Source: Candidatus Woesearchaeota archaeon
Lineage (GTDB): Archaea > Nanobdellota > Nanobdellia > Woesearchaeales > DSVV01
Length of the DNA: 35,585 bases
Reading direction: 5' to 3'
NCBI GenBank assembly: GCA_016205905.1
Contig: JACQSP010000090.1
Span: forward strand, 1 to 35,585
Under the pieces are notes generated by a model that was not told the DNA's origin, searched no databases, and saw only the letters and a list, made by a program, of their open reading frames with translations. The position numbers and the translations under genes were made by a program. Position 1 is the first letter of the stretch, and every line of letters begins with the position of its first letter. Positions 7,970 through 16,184 of the stretch are shown here, one piece after another.

Positions 7970-8533
7970 ATGCAAGACATAGTATTCCCCAAACACAACG
8001 AGAAAGAGTTCATTGAAATAGCTGAGAAACTAAGCTATGATGAGCTGTGCTTCTTATACCCTATCGAAGAATTCTTACCCAAACCTAAACAATCTTTTGA
8101 AACAAACATAAAAGTTAGTTATGGCATTTTCTGCTCTTCTTCACAAATACAAAAAGCGAAACAATTGGCTAAATTTGTCGTCGTTAAAGCTGATGAGAAC
8201 CAAAGAAGAATTATTGAATCCTCACCATCAATAATAATTGATTTAGAATCCATTTCTGCCAGAGATTCATTTCATTACAGAAACTCTGGCCTGAACCAAG
8301 TTTTGTGCGGGTTAGCAGCAAAGAATAATGTCAGCATAGGGTTTAATTTTAATTCTGTTCTTAATGCTTCACAGCATGACAGAAACATTATTTTGGGGAG
8401 AATGAAACAGAATATCAACCTCTGCCAAAAATATAAAGTTAGAATGGGGTTTGGGAGTTTTGCGAGGACACCTTACGAGATGAGGAATTATAACGATATA
8501 ATTGGGTTGTTTAGGACGATTGGGCTGCGATGA
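7970..8533 (+). CDS. rnp3: RNase P protein component 3 (Rpp30/Rnp3)
   Basis: 187 aa. The C-terminal ...NVSIGFNFNSVL...RNIILGRMKQNINLCQKYKVRMGFGSFARTPYEMRNYNDIIGLFRTIGL fits the Rpp30 TIM-barrel C-terminal pattern. Confidence 0.7.
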   Translation: MQDIVFPKHNEKEFIEIAEKLSYDELCFLYPIEEFLPKPKQSFETNIKVSYGIFCSSSQIQKAKQLAKFVVVKADENQRRIIESSPSIIIDLESISARDSFHYRNSGLNQVLCGLAAKNNVSIGFNFNSVLNASQHDRNIILGRMKQNINLCQKYKVRMGFGSFARTPYEMRNYNDIIGLFRTIGLR

Positions 8534-8537
8534 TAAT
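8408..8537 (+). repeat. Direct repeat copy A: last 41 codons + stop + 4 nt of rnp3 (att-like)
   Basis: Aligns without indels to 10384-10513 (offset 1976 bp), with about 18 mismatches in 130 by hand count. Confidence 0.85.
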
Positions 8538-8740
8538 ATACTAAAAGTGCAAAATAATATATCGTTATACTAACACATTTCACACATTACACCCATTATA
8601 GCTTCTTCGTTATCAATAGTTTCAAATATGCATTTTGGACGCATTTCAAGCCGCAACACCCACATTATACTAACACATTTATGCTAAGTTTTTCAAATTA
8701 TAACTCTTTATCTCTAACTAAACCGCAACATTTATATAGT

Positions 8741-8788
8741 TGAACATATTTATACTAGTATGAACATATATAAATCAAGGTGAACATA
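8741..8788 (+). promoter_or_regulatory. Three TGAACATA iterons at exact 20-bp spacing over the promoter, SD and start of the AbiEi-like gene
   Basis: TGAACATA at 8741-8748, 8761-8768 and 8781-8788. TATA-like TTTATATAG at 8731-8739. SD AAGGTGA at 8777-8783. Confidence 0.5.
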
Positions 8789-9412
8789 ATGCTTATTACA
8801 AATGGAATGCAAAATATTATTCGTGTTTTGCTTAATTATAAAAACAAGGGTTTTACAACAAGGGAATTAGCTAAAGAAGCGAATGTATCTGTGGGGTTGA
8901 CTGTAAAACTTCTTAGTTCTTTAGCTGCAACAGGCTACATTGTTAAAAAACCAAAGATTAAACTAACCTCATTTAAACTGCTTAATGCGTGGGCTTATAC
9001 AACAAGCATAAAAGAAATAAGCCAGTTATCTTTTAGCGCTGCTGAACGACCAGAATATTTATTTAAAAAAATATCGCTTATTGCAGCGCAAAATAATCTC
9101 AACTATGCATTTACATTATACAGCGCAACAGAATTCGTTAGCCCTTTTGTAGTTCCTAACACCCTAGATTTTTATATTTTAAACAGTGATAAAGAGAAAT
9201 GGGAAACCAGTTTAGTCAAACACAATATTTTTCCAGCAGAAAAAGGGAATATAACTGTTTATCTTGTGGATAAAGATTATTTTTATAATCTTCTTGAGAT
9301 AAATGGCAACAAAATCATATCTTTGCCTCAGTTATATGTTGATTTGTTTTCATTAGGTGGCAGGGGTGAGGAAGCAGCGCAACAGCTTCTTAAGGCAATG
9401 GACAAAGTTTAG
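8789..9412 (+). CDS. AbiEi-like wHTH antitoxin/transcriptional regulator (putative)
   Basis: N-terminal wHTH FTTRELAKEANVSVGLTVKLLSSLAATGYIVKK. C-terminal ISLPQLYVDLFSLGGRGEEAAQQLL resembles the AbiEi C-domain. ATG at 8789 is preferred over the track's GTG at 8780 because the SD AAGGTGA lies 5 nt upstream. Confidence 0.5.
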   Translation: MLITNGMQNIIRVLLNYKNKGFTTRELAKEANVSVGLTVKLLSSLAATGYIVKKPKIKLTSFKLLNAWAYTTSIKEISQLSFSAAERPEYLFKKISLIAAQNNLNYAFTLYSATEFVSPFVVPNTLDFYILNSDKEKWETSLVKHNIFPAEKGNITVYLVDKDYFYNLLEINGNKIISLPQLYVDLFSLGGRGEEAAQQLLKAMDKV

Positions 9413-9500
9413 ACTTTTCATTTCCTGAATAAAACTATGACCCGCCTACAAAAGAAATGCAAAAGTTCAAAAAGTATGGTGTTCATAAAATAGAAAGAAT

Positions 9501-9632
9501 GTATTTGTTTAGCATCTTCAAAATTCCGTATGAAGTTTCGCAGAGGTGACATCCCTGTATGGGGCAAGTCCCCCTGTCACCTTTGCAATTAGGCTCAAAA
9601 TAAATTTTGGCCTTATGATGCTAAACAAATAC
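9501..9632. mobile_element. MITE (132 bp) with family-1 termini, perfect 16-bp TIRs and an 8-bp TSD
   Basis: GTATTTGTTTAGCATC (9501-9516) is the exact reverse complement of GATGCTAAACAAATAC (9617-9632). Flanked by GAAAGAAT at 9493-9500 and 9633-9640. Internal GC-rich hairpin GCAGAGGTGACA/TGTCACCTTTGC. Confidence 0.85.
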
Positions 9633-9669
9633 GAAAGAATATAATTTATTATAATTATGGTGATAAAAC

Positions 9670-10380
9670 ATGTATGATACTCATGAAACAGAAACATCAA
9701 AGAAGTATATGTATGAATTACTAAAACATTCATCTTCAATTAACATAGCTTTGATTGGTGGTTGGGCAGCATACATTTATGTCAATTCTAATTATAGAAA
9801 AGCATTTGGTGTGGATTATTTGATGTCAAGAGATATAGATGTCTTTATTGATGTTAAGCATGAAAAGAGGTTTGCTGACCTCATAAAAAACTTAGGATTT
9901 CAAAAAAGCGCATATCCTTTTAGGTATGAAATCATTTATGATAAAGCATCAAACAAGATAATTACGCAAGAGCAAGCTAAGAAGCACCACATCTTTAATT
10001 TGTTCTACATCTTTTTAGATTTATTCAGCAATAAACCCACAAAACTGCTTGGAACTTGGTGTATAGATTCTTTAAATAGCTCTAAACGAATATTTATAGA
10101 TAATATTCCTGTTTTAGATATAAATTCTCTTATTTTATTAAAGGCAACATCTTTTTTTGAAAGAGAGAAGTTAGACAAAGAATTAAAAGATGCGTGTGAT
10201 TTATACGCGCTTGTATTTTATTCAGAACAAAACCCACAATTAACTGAATTGCTTAAACATGCTTTAGACAAGATATTAAACAGACAAGACTTGTGCGAGT
10301 TTATCTCAGAGCAAGTGTTAAGGGATTCATTAAAGGCAGGCATTGTAAAACGAACGATTAGTAATTACTTGAGTAAATAA
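9670..10380 (+). CDS. AbiEii/DUF1814-like nucleotidyltransferase toxin (putative)
   Basis: LIGGWAAYIY...MSRDIDVFID fits the GG.A...R.(S/T).DID NTase motif. The downstream LILLKATSFFEREKLDKELKDACDLYAL fits K..A...R....KD..DL. SD GGTGA lies 6 nt upstream. Confidence 0.5.
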   Translation: MYDTHETETSKKYMYELLKHSSSINIALIGGWAAYIYVNSNYRKAFGVDYLMSRDIDVFIDVKHEKRFADLIKNLGFQKSAYPFRYEIIYDKASNKIITQEQAKKHHIFNLFYIFLDLFSNKPTKLLGTWCIDSLNSSKRIFIDNIPVLDINSLILLKATSFFEREKLDKELKDACDLYALVFYSEQNPQLTELLKHALDKILNRQDLCEFISEQVLRDSLKAGIVKRTISNYLSK

Positions 10381-10383
10381 TTT

Positions 10384-10513
10384 CAGAACGTCAACCTCTG
10401 CCAAAAATACAAAGTTAGAATAGTTATTGGAAGTTTTGCAAGAGCACCATATGAGATGGGGAATTATAATGATATTATTGGGTTGTTTAGGACGATTGGG
10501 TTGAGATGATAAT
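10384..10513 (+). pseudogene. Direct repeat copy B: orphan 3' fragment of rnp3 (41 codons + stop, no start)
   Basis: Encodes QNVNLCQKYKVRIVIGSFARAPYEMGNYNDIIGLFRTIGLR*, versus QNINLCQKYKVRMGFGSFARTPYEMRNYNDIIGLFRTIGLR* in the intact gene. Begins 3 nt after the NTase stop codon. Confidence 0.85.
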
Positions 10514-10543
10514 GTTTAATAATATTTCTTAATACTTTTGAAA

Positions 10544-11200
10544 TTAATCAATCTCTCCCTCATTCAATTCGCTACTTGTGCAACTAGCGCCAAAATCATT
10601 TTTTATTTTAGCAGTATCACCTTCATCTGATAATGTTCCTGCGTACACACCATTACAGGTTGTAGTTACCTGTGGACTCCACCAATTAAAACTACCATCT
10701 TTTGCCCCACAATATAAAACAACACCATCTTTACTTTCTTTATCGCTATCATAACATAAACCATATATCTTTAGTTTTGGAACTGTTTGTGTGTCAATAT
10801 TATGAGTGAAAGAAAGCGTTATTTTATTTTGGTCTTTTTTCAATATTACTTTATTTATTGGCTTGAAATAGCTAACCTTATCCTCAACTAAAATATCAGG
10901 AGTTGCGCTTGGCGCACTAAAAATATTACTATCACTGTAATAATAATTAGATTCTATCTTTTCCTCTTCCCCATACTTTAATTTACATTTTGTACTGTCA
11001 GTTATCTCTGTCACAGTCGCTGTTACTTTTTTTTCGAATCCACTAAAAAAACCTTTTTCTGTTGAATAATATCCATCTAAACCACTCACTTTCCATGAGC
11101 AGCTCGTAGTCATTGCATCGTCTTCACTATCTGCGCTGCTAATTACAGTCAGTACTAATAAAAAGATTAAAATAAATAATACGAGTATTACCTTTCTCAT
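10544..11200 (-). CDS. Exported Cys-containing protein, unknown function
   Basis: 218 aa. N-terminal signal MRKVILVLFILIFLLVLTVISSA followed by an acidic stretch. Abuts the upstream ORF (11201), suggesting an operon. Confidence 0.6.
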   Translation of the reverse strand: MRKVILVLFILIFLLVLTVISSADSEDDAMTTSCSWKVSGLDGYYSTEKGFFSGFEKKVTATVTEITDSTKCKLKYGEEEKIESNYYYSDSNIFSAPSATPDILVEDKVSYFKPINKVILKKDQNKITLSFTHNIDTQTVPKLKIYGLCYDSDKESKDGVVLYCGAKDGSFNWWSPQVTTTCNGVYAGTLSDEGDTAKIKNDFGASCTSSELNEGEID

Positions 11201-11590
11201 CTAAACCTCTTCCTCTCCAGTTTCTTTAACTTCTTCAACTGCTTTTTCATCTGTTTCAACTGGTTTTATCAATCCATGCTCATACGCGCAGTTATACACC
11301 TTTACCCATGTCGGCATATTTTTGCATTTCTCTTTTATCATCTCGTCATAATAACCATACTTAAAAAGTAATCCGCCAACAATTAATATTACTATTAATG
11401 TAATAGCTACTCCTACCCATACTTTAGGAGAAGGATGTTTATGCTGAGGATATTCTTCTGCATCAACATCTTTTAATGCGTTATTTACTTCATCCTCTGG
11501 CCATTTTGCTTTAAGAAGCGTTTCTTTTATCTCTTTCTTGGAAAAGCCTTTACTTAGCTCTTTTTTGATATATTCTTCTATATTTGTCAT
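11201..11590 (-). CDS. Single-pass membrane protein, unknown function
   Basis: 129 aa. About 45-aa charged helical N-terminus (EYIKKELSKGFSKKEIKETLLKAKWPEDEV), TM segment VWVGVAITLIVILIVGGLLF and an acidic C-terminus. Confidence 0.6.
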   Translation of the reverse strand: MTNIEEYIKKELSKGFSKKEIKETLLKAKWPEDEVNNALKDVDAEEYPQHKHPSPKVWVGVAITLIVILIVGGLLFKYGYYDEMIKEKCKNMPTWVKVYNCAYEHGLIKPVETDEKAVEEVKETGEEEV

Positions 11591-11688
11591 TAATTATATT
11601 TTTGCAAGAATGAGTTTTAATATTTTACTGTTTATAACATCAATATTTCAATATAATTTATCAATAAATGCTTTAAGAAGTCTTTTGT

Positions 11689-12024
11689 CTATTTGCACAC
11701 ATAATTTACTTTCTGGTCAGTTCCTTCAATGTTCTGATAATGAAATATACCTTTTATTTTCTGCTCTTGAATAATATCCTTTATTTTCACAGTCGAAGAA
11801 TTAATTATTTTGAGGTTTGCCTTATTTATTGTATCTAGTGTAACAATACAGTTTGTAAACGTCCCATTATTTGCAATCGTGAACCAAATCTCATCATTAG
11901 AATATTCTGATTTAAAGAATTCAATGTTTTTCGGAAGATAAACTGCTTTGCCAGTTATTAAGTTACTACAGCCTGTCAAAAATATTAATATCAACACTAT
12001 GATGGAAAATTTAATAATCTTCAT
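11689..12024 (-). CDS. Small lipoprotein-like exported protein
   Basis: 111 aa. MKIIKFSIIVLILIFLTGCSN is lipobox-like (LTGC). TATA-like AACTATATATAG lies about 25 nt upstream. Confidence 0.55.
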   Translation of the reverse strand: MKIIKFSIIVLILIFLTGCSNLITGKAVYLPKNIEFFKSEYSNDEIWFTIANNGTFTNCIVTLDTINKANLKIINSSTVKIKDIIQEQKIKGIFHYQNIEGTDQKVNYVCK

Positions 12025-12196
12025 ACTTCAAGTTAATCATTTTAACTATATATAGTTTGTGTTAAAATTTGCGAAAAATCGTGGGTAAATCAGAAACTTT
12101 TATATATGTATTAAATGGGAATAGTTATTAATAGATATAATACTAAATGTATTACTTTTATATCACTTAATAAAAATCAACAAAAAGAGGAAAATT

Positions 12197-15100
12197 ATGA
12201 TAAAAAAGAGAAGATTAATTTTTTTATTTTTGGCAGTACTATTATTAATAATATTAATAATCGTTAGCTCATCAGTTTTAGGGCTTCTTATTCCTCAATC
12301 AGGCAAACAAGTAGGTGATTTAAGCGTAATTGAATCTTACAAAGGCACATCACGATTGTTTTTAGAACTGTTTGTGGGTTGTTTGAGAGAGCAAGATGGA
12401 AATTATATTGGTGCGATACCACACTATAATTCAAGTTTGTTGTTAGACCAAAAAATAAATTTTCCAGATGAGAAGATATATCCAACACCTAAATTTAATA
12501 CGCCGTGGGGAACAGATGATGATAATGATGGTTTCTTAGAAGAAATAATTGGTAATGGTATTGAAGAGATTCCTAAATTAGAAGTTCCATGGCAGCAAGC
12601 ACCTAAATCATATTTGTATGAAGGCAATTGTTACTTGTTTGCTAATTATTGGCATCAATTCTGGAACAAAGGAGAAGAAGTGACACAAAACGATGAAGCA
12701 TTTAGTGTGTTAAAAGAAGATGAATTATATAATGATGATGGAGACAAAACAAAAATAAATGCTGTCGCTCAAATTGACGAATCCAAAGGTTTAGAAGCTC
12801 CGTTTAAAGGAGCGTATTATGTTAGTAGTGATGATTATTCTTATAACGTTTATTGGGAAGGCACTCAAGACAGTGAAAAAACTTGCGAAAATTATGGTGG
12901 ATACTATAAAGATGTAGGCGGCAATAAAGTCAAGAATTGTTGCGGCGACGATTATCTTTGGATAATGAACAGCGTCTATAATTTTGATGGTGATAAAGAA
13001 GGTAAGTCTGTAGATGAGCTTTGCTTGTATGGTTATGTTGACCCAGACACAGGCGAGCCATTAGTAGAATCTTCAGAATCACAAATATACCATACATCTG
13101 CAAAAGTAGGAAATCATCCTTACAGAAACCAAATCTATTGCACTCCTTTGGCAGCAGTTGGTGAAGTATCAGATATACATTACTCTTATGATATTAACAA
13201 TTATGATCCACAAAGCACAACAGAACAGAGAAGATTATTTGTTTATAATAAAGATTCACCAACAACAACAGCAACAGATGTGGGATTGTGGAAAACAGAT
13301 ACTTCTGCTAATTATTGTACACATTATTTTTCAGATAAAACAAATGGTGAAGTAAAAAAAGGAGATAACTTTGAATGGTTAACACCAGAAAAAGCAGGTG
13401 AGATAAATTATTTTGGCGTTGGTAATGGTGGTGCAACAGCTTTTGATAAAGACAACAAACCATCTATTATAAATAAAAAATTCATATTAAATCCTAAAGC
13501 CCCAGACTACATTTACGACGTCATGACCAAACAATTATCTGGTGATAATTACACAGATTCAGATGATTTCACTATTTGTAATTTGTTCTTAGGTGGCACA
13601 TGGACAGGTCATCATTGTTGTGGAAATAAGTATAAAGATGGAACAAAACTTCTTGAAAATTTTAATGATGAAGGAACAGCAAGCAGTATTGATACTGAAA
13701 AAGGAGAGCATTATGTTTTAACCAAGAATAGATTAAAAGCATACAGCCTAAGCGCAGAAATAGAAAGCGGTGAAGTATGGAAAGAGCCAAATAAAGCATG
13801 CTACCAAGGAGAAGCGATGGAAAGTGGCGAGATAAGGAATACCCCTAATAAGTTATCTATTATTAACAAAAAGGGTGAACTTAACTTGTGTTATAATATT
13901 GACGGTCAAATTGACGGTTTACAAGCCATAACTGGTAAAAGTTATGACTTTGAACAATTCAAAGAGAGTGATAATAATTATTTGTTTAATAATGATCCTC
14001 TTACAAAAGATAATGTGATTAGCTCTTGCGGCTCTTTCTATCTCAAAGCCGGCGATGATTTAGTTAGCACAAACAACCGTTTCGCCTACTGCTTCACAAA
14101 CAATACTTGGCTAAGTTTTGATATTATGCCAGAGGATTATGCAGAAGGTACAAACCCTGAGTTTGATATATTGGGAAGATATCCTGCAGAAGGCGATGTA
14201 TTGCACGAATCAGGCATTAATGATGATTTTAAACTTATTAAAAATATGAAAGTTAAATCTGACAAAGGCTGCTGTTTCCAAGGAGATTGTTGGAACGGAA
14301 ATAGTTGTACAGCTAACGGCGCTACAGTTATTGACAAATATGTTGATCCAAAAAAAGTTTATCTCTGCGCAAACGGAGAATGGACATCTGGCGAAGCATC
14401 ATTTAACTGGTACGACGAGAAATTTGCAGGCGAAACTGATCCTTCTCAAACAGGATTAGCATATTGTGTGGATAAATGGTCATGTGCCTGTCCTGAAAAA
14501 GATGCTTATAACTTAGGCGATGAAGATCAGCATGAGATAGACATTTGCGAAACTTATACACAACCTAATTCTCAGTGTACACGAGAGCCTGCGATGTTTA
14601 TCGGCGACAGATTCTGCGAGCCAGAATTTGTGAAAAAAGATGGCGATGGTTATGACTTTAAAGATGCTTCAACAATAACCTCATCACAATGGACATCCCG
14701 AACAACCTATCTCGCAACAGCATTGTTAACCCTCGCGCAACAAAAGAGTTCAAATGAATTTACTTTACAATGCGACACCCCAAAAAGTGTTCTTAACTTT
14801 TACAACCTTGACTTTGCAAAGGATTTGTTTGTGACAGAGCAGGATTATAATAATTTCTGTGCCCTAAAACTTAAAAATAGTGATGGTGATGAGGAGATTT
14901 ATTTAGGCACAACATTAAACCCGCAATTAAAATATGATGAAATACCCGAAGAATTATACCAAACCAAAGAAATCTCTGAGTTTGAGCAATGTACAGACGA
15001 CACTAATTGTATTCAATGCACAGAAGATGACACTAATTGCATTGGTTATGGCTGCTACAAAAAACCAGCTGCCAATGTTGGACAATGTGTTAAACAATGT

Positions 15101-15943
15101 TATGATGATAGTGATTGTGATGAAGGTGAAGAATGTTTTACAGCTGAAGAAGTGCCAGAAGGAGAGATTAAAATAGGTCTTTGCGCTCCAACCTCTGCAA
15201 AAGATGTAGACATGTTTAATATTGAAAATTTAGGAGAATTGTTTTACGGAACATCTGATACAACAGGATTATTAAACAATGAATTCTTGTTTAAATTAAC
15301 CAGCAAGAAATTTGCTGAAGATGAATGTAAAACTATTCTTGAAGGAACTAACCCGCAAAACGGAAATGGTGATGATTTCTTACTCTTTAAAACCTGTGAT
15401 AATGATAATATTGCTTTTAATAATTTTACAAAAGCAATGATATTTAGTAACAATTCGCAAGATGAGAACTTTTTGACTTTAACATACGACGAAGTGACTA
15501 ATAATAATTTAATTAATAATGTTAAGGATATAAAAGATTATTATAAATATGAGGATAACAAAGACAAAATCGCAGAGAAAAAGGAGATGGATATTATTAA
15601 CTCTATATCTGATTTAGATAAAATTTACTATGCACGAAAAGAAGATGGTGATAAAACAATTTTTGGTGTTCTTGAAAGAAAATCTGACCCTGATGCATCA
15701 GGCGATCCCTCTTCAAAGTTAAGATATTTCGCTGTTATTATGTACAAAAACATATTTACAGACAACAAGGTATGCACCGAGCTTGAAAAGACCTCGCCTC
15801 TGCTTTATTGCGGATACAAAGATTATGGCAATGGTGCAACAACGGTTGTAATTATCATTCCATCAACACCAGACTACGACGGCACAGAAGATGCAGTCAT
15901 GAATTATTGGCCAGACTTGACTGCGAAGATTAGATTGAAATAA
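12197..15943 (+). CDS. Giant Cys-rich exported/surface protein 1 (1248 aa)
   Basis: Uninterrupted 1248-codon ORF. Signal-anchor MIKKRRLIFLFLAVLLLIILIIV. Recurring CC motifs NCCGDDYLW, HHCCGNKY and KGCCFQGDCWNG. Cys-dense block QCTDDTNCIQCTEDDTNCIGYGC...QCYDDSDCDEGEEC. SD-like AGAGGA lies 5 nt upstream. Confidence 0.8.
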   Translation: MIKKRRLIFLFLAVLLLIILIIVSSSVLGLLIPQSGKQVGDLSVIESYKGTSRLFLELFVGCLREQDGNYIGAIPHYNSSLLLDQKINFPDEKIYPTPKFNTPWGTDDDNDGFLEEIIGNGIEEIPKLEVPWQQAPKSYLYEGNCYLFANYWHQFWNKGEEVTQNDEAFSVLKEDELYNDDGDKTKINAVAQIDESKGLEAPFKGAYYVSSDDYSYNVYWEGTQDSEKTCENYGGYYKDVGGNKVKNCCGDDYLWIMNSVYNFDGDKEGKSVDELCLYGYVDPDTGEPLVESSESQIYHTSAKVGNHPYRNQIYCTPLAAVGEVSDIHYSYDINNYDPQSTTEQRRLFVYNKDSPTTTATDVGLWKTDTSANYCTHYFSDKTNGEVKKGDNFEWLTPEKAGEINYFGVGNGGATAFDKDNKPSIINKKFILNPKAPDYIYDVMTKQLSGDNYTDSDDFTICNLFLGGTWTGHHCCGNKYKDGTKLLENFNDEGTASSIDTEKGEHYVLTKNRLKAYSLSAEIESGEVWKEPNKACYQGEAMESGEIRNTPNKLSIINKKGELNLCYNIDGQIDGLQAITGKSYDFEQFKESDNNYLFNNDPLTKDNVISSCGSFYLKAGDDLVSTNNRFAYCFTNNTWLSFDIMPEDYAEGTNPEFDILGRYPAEGDVLHESGINDDFKLIKNMKVKSDKGCCFQGDCWNGNSCTANGATVIDKYVDPKKVYLCANGEWTSGEASFNWYDEKFAGETDPSQTGLAYCVDKWSCACPEKDAYNLGDEDQHEIDICETYTQPNSQCTREPAMFIGDRFCEPEFVKKDGDGYDFKDASTITSSQWTSRTTYLATALLTLAQQKSSNEFTLQCDTPKSVLNFYNLDFAKDLFVTEQDYNNFCALKLKNSDGDEEIYLGTTLNPQLKYDEIPEELYQTKEISEFEQCTDDTNCIQCTEDDTNCIGYGCYKKPAANVGQCVKQCYDDSDCDEGEECFTAEEVPEGEIKIGLCAPTSAKDVDMFNIENLGELFYGTSDTTGLLNNEFLFKLTSKKFAEDECKTILEGTNPQNGNGDDFLLFKTCDNDNIAFNNFTKAMIFSNNSQDENFLTLTYDEVTNNNLINNVKDIKDYYKYEDNKDKIAEKKEMDIINSISDLDKIYYARKEDGDKTIFGVLERKSDPDASGDPSSKLRYFAVIMYKNIFTDNKVCTELEKTSPLLYCGYKDYGNGATTVVIIIPSTPDYDGTEDAVMNYWPDLTAKIRLK

Positions 15944-15974
15944 TACACACAATAATATTAATAGAATGAATATG

Positions 15975-16154
15975 ATATTTTTTTAGTTCCTGGGCGAAGC
16001 CACCCGTCTCATGAATAATAATAACTGTTTGTCGTAAGTCGTTTGTCGTTGGTCGTAAACAAAAAACGAAAAAAACAGCTGACGACTTACGACCTACGAC
16101 TAACGACTTACTCGCTCTTTGCTTCGCCTTTGAACTAAAAGAACTAAAAAATAC
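15975..16154. repeat. Family-1 variant palindromic element with GTCGTNN heptad arms
   Basis: Ends ATATTTTTTTAGTTC and GAACTAAAAAATAC are inverted. Contains GGGCGAAGCCACCCGTCTCATGAA. Left arm GTCGTAA GTCGTTT GTCGTTG GTCGTAA (16031-16058) pairs with CGACTTA CGACCTA CGACTAA CGACTTA (16083-16110), about 22/24. No TSD seen. Confidence 0.7.
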
Positions 16155-16184
16155 AATTAAACCATAAAAAATCAAAAATGCACC

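Noticed and set aside
9518-9739. 73-aa minus-strand ORF between the AbiE-like genes
   Set aside because: It spans the MITE (9501-9632) and the start of the NTase gene, so it is an artefact of the palindromic insert.
14989-15045. Short tandem duplication QCTDDTNC / QCTEDDTNC in giant protein 1
   Set aside because: It is real but trivial: a local 27-bp duplication inside a Cys-rich block, with no independent significance.
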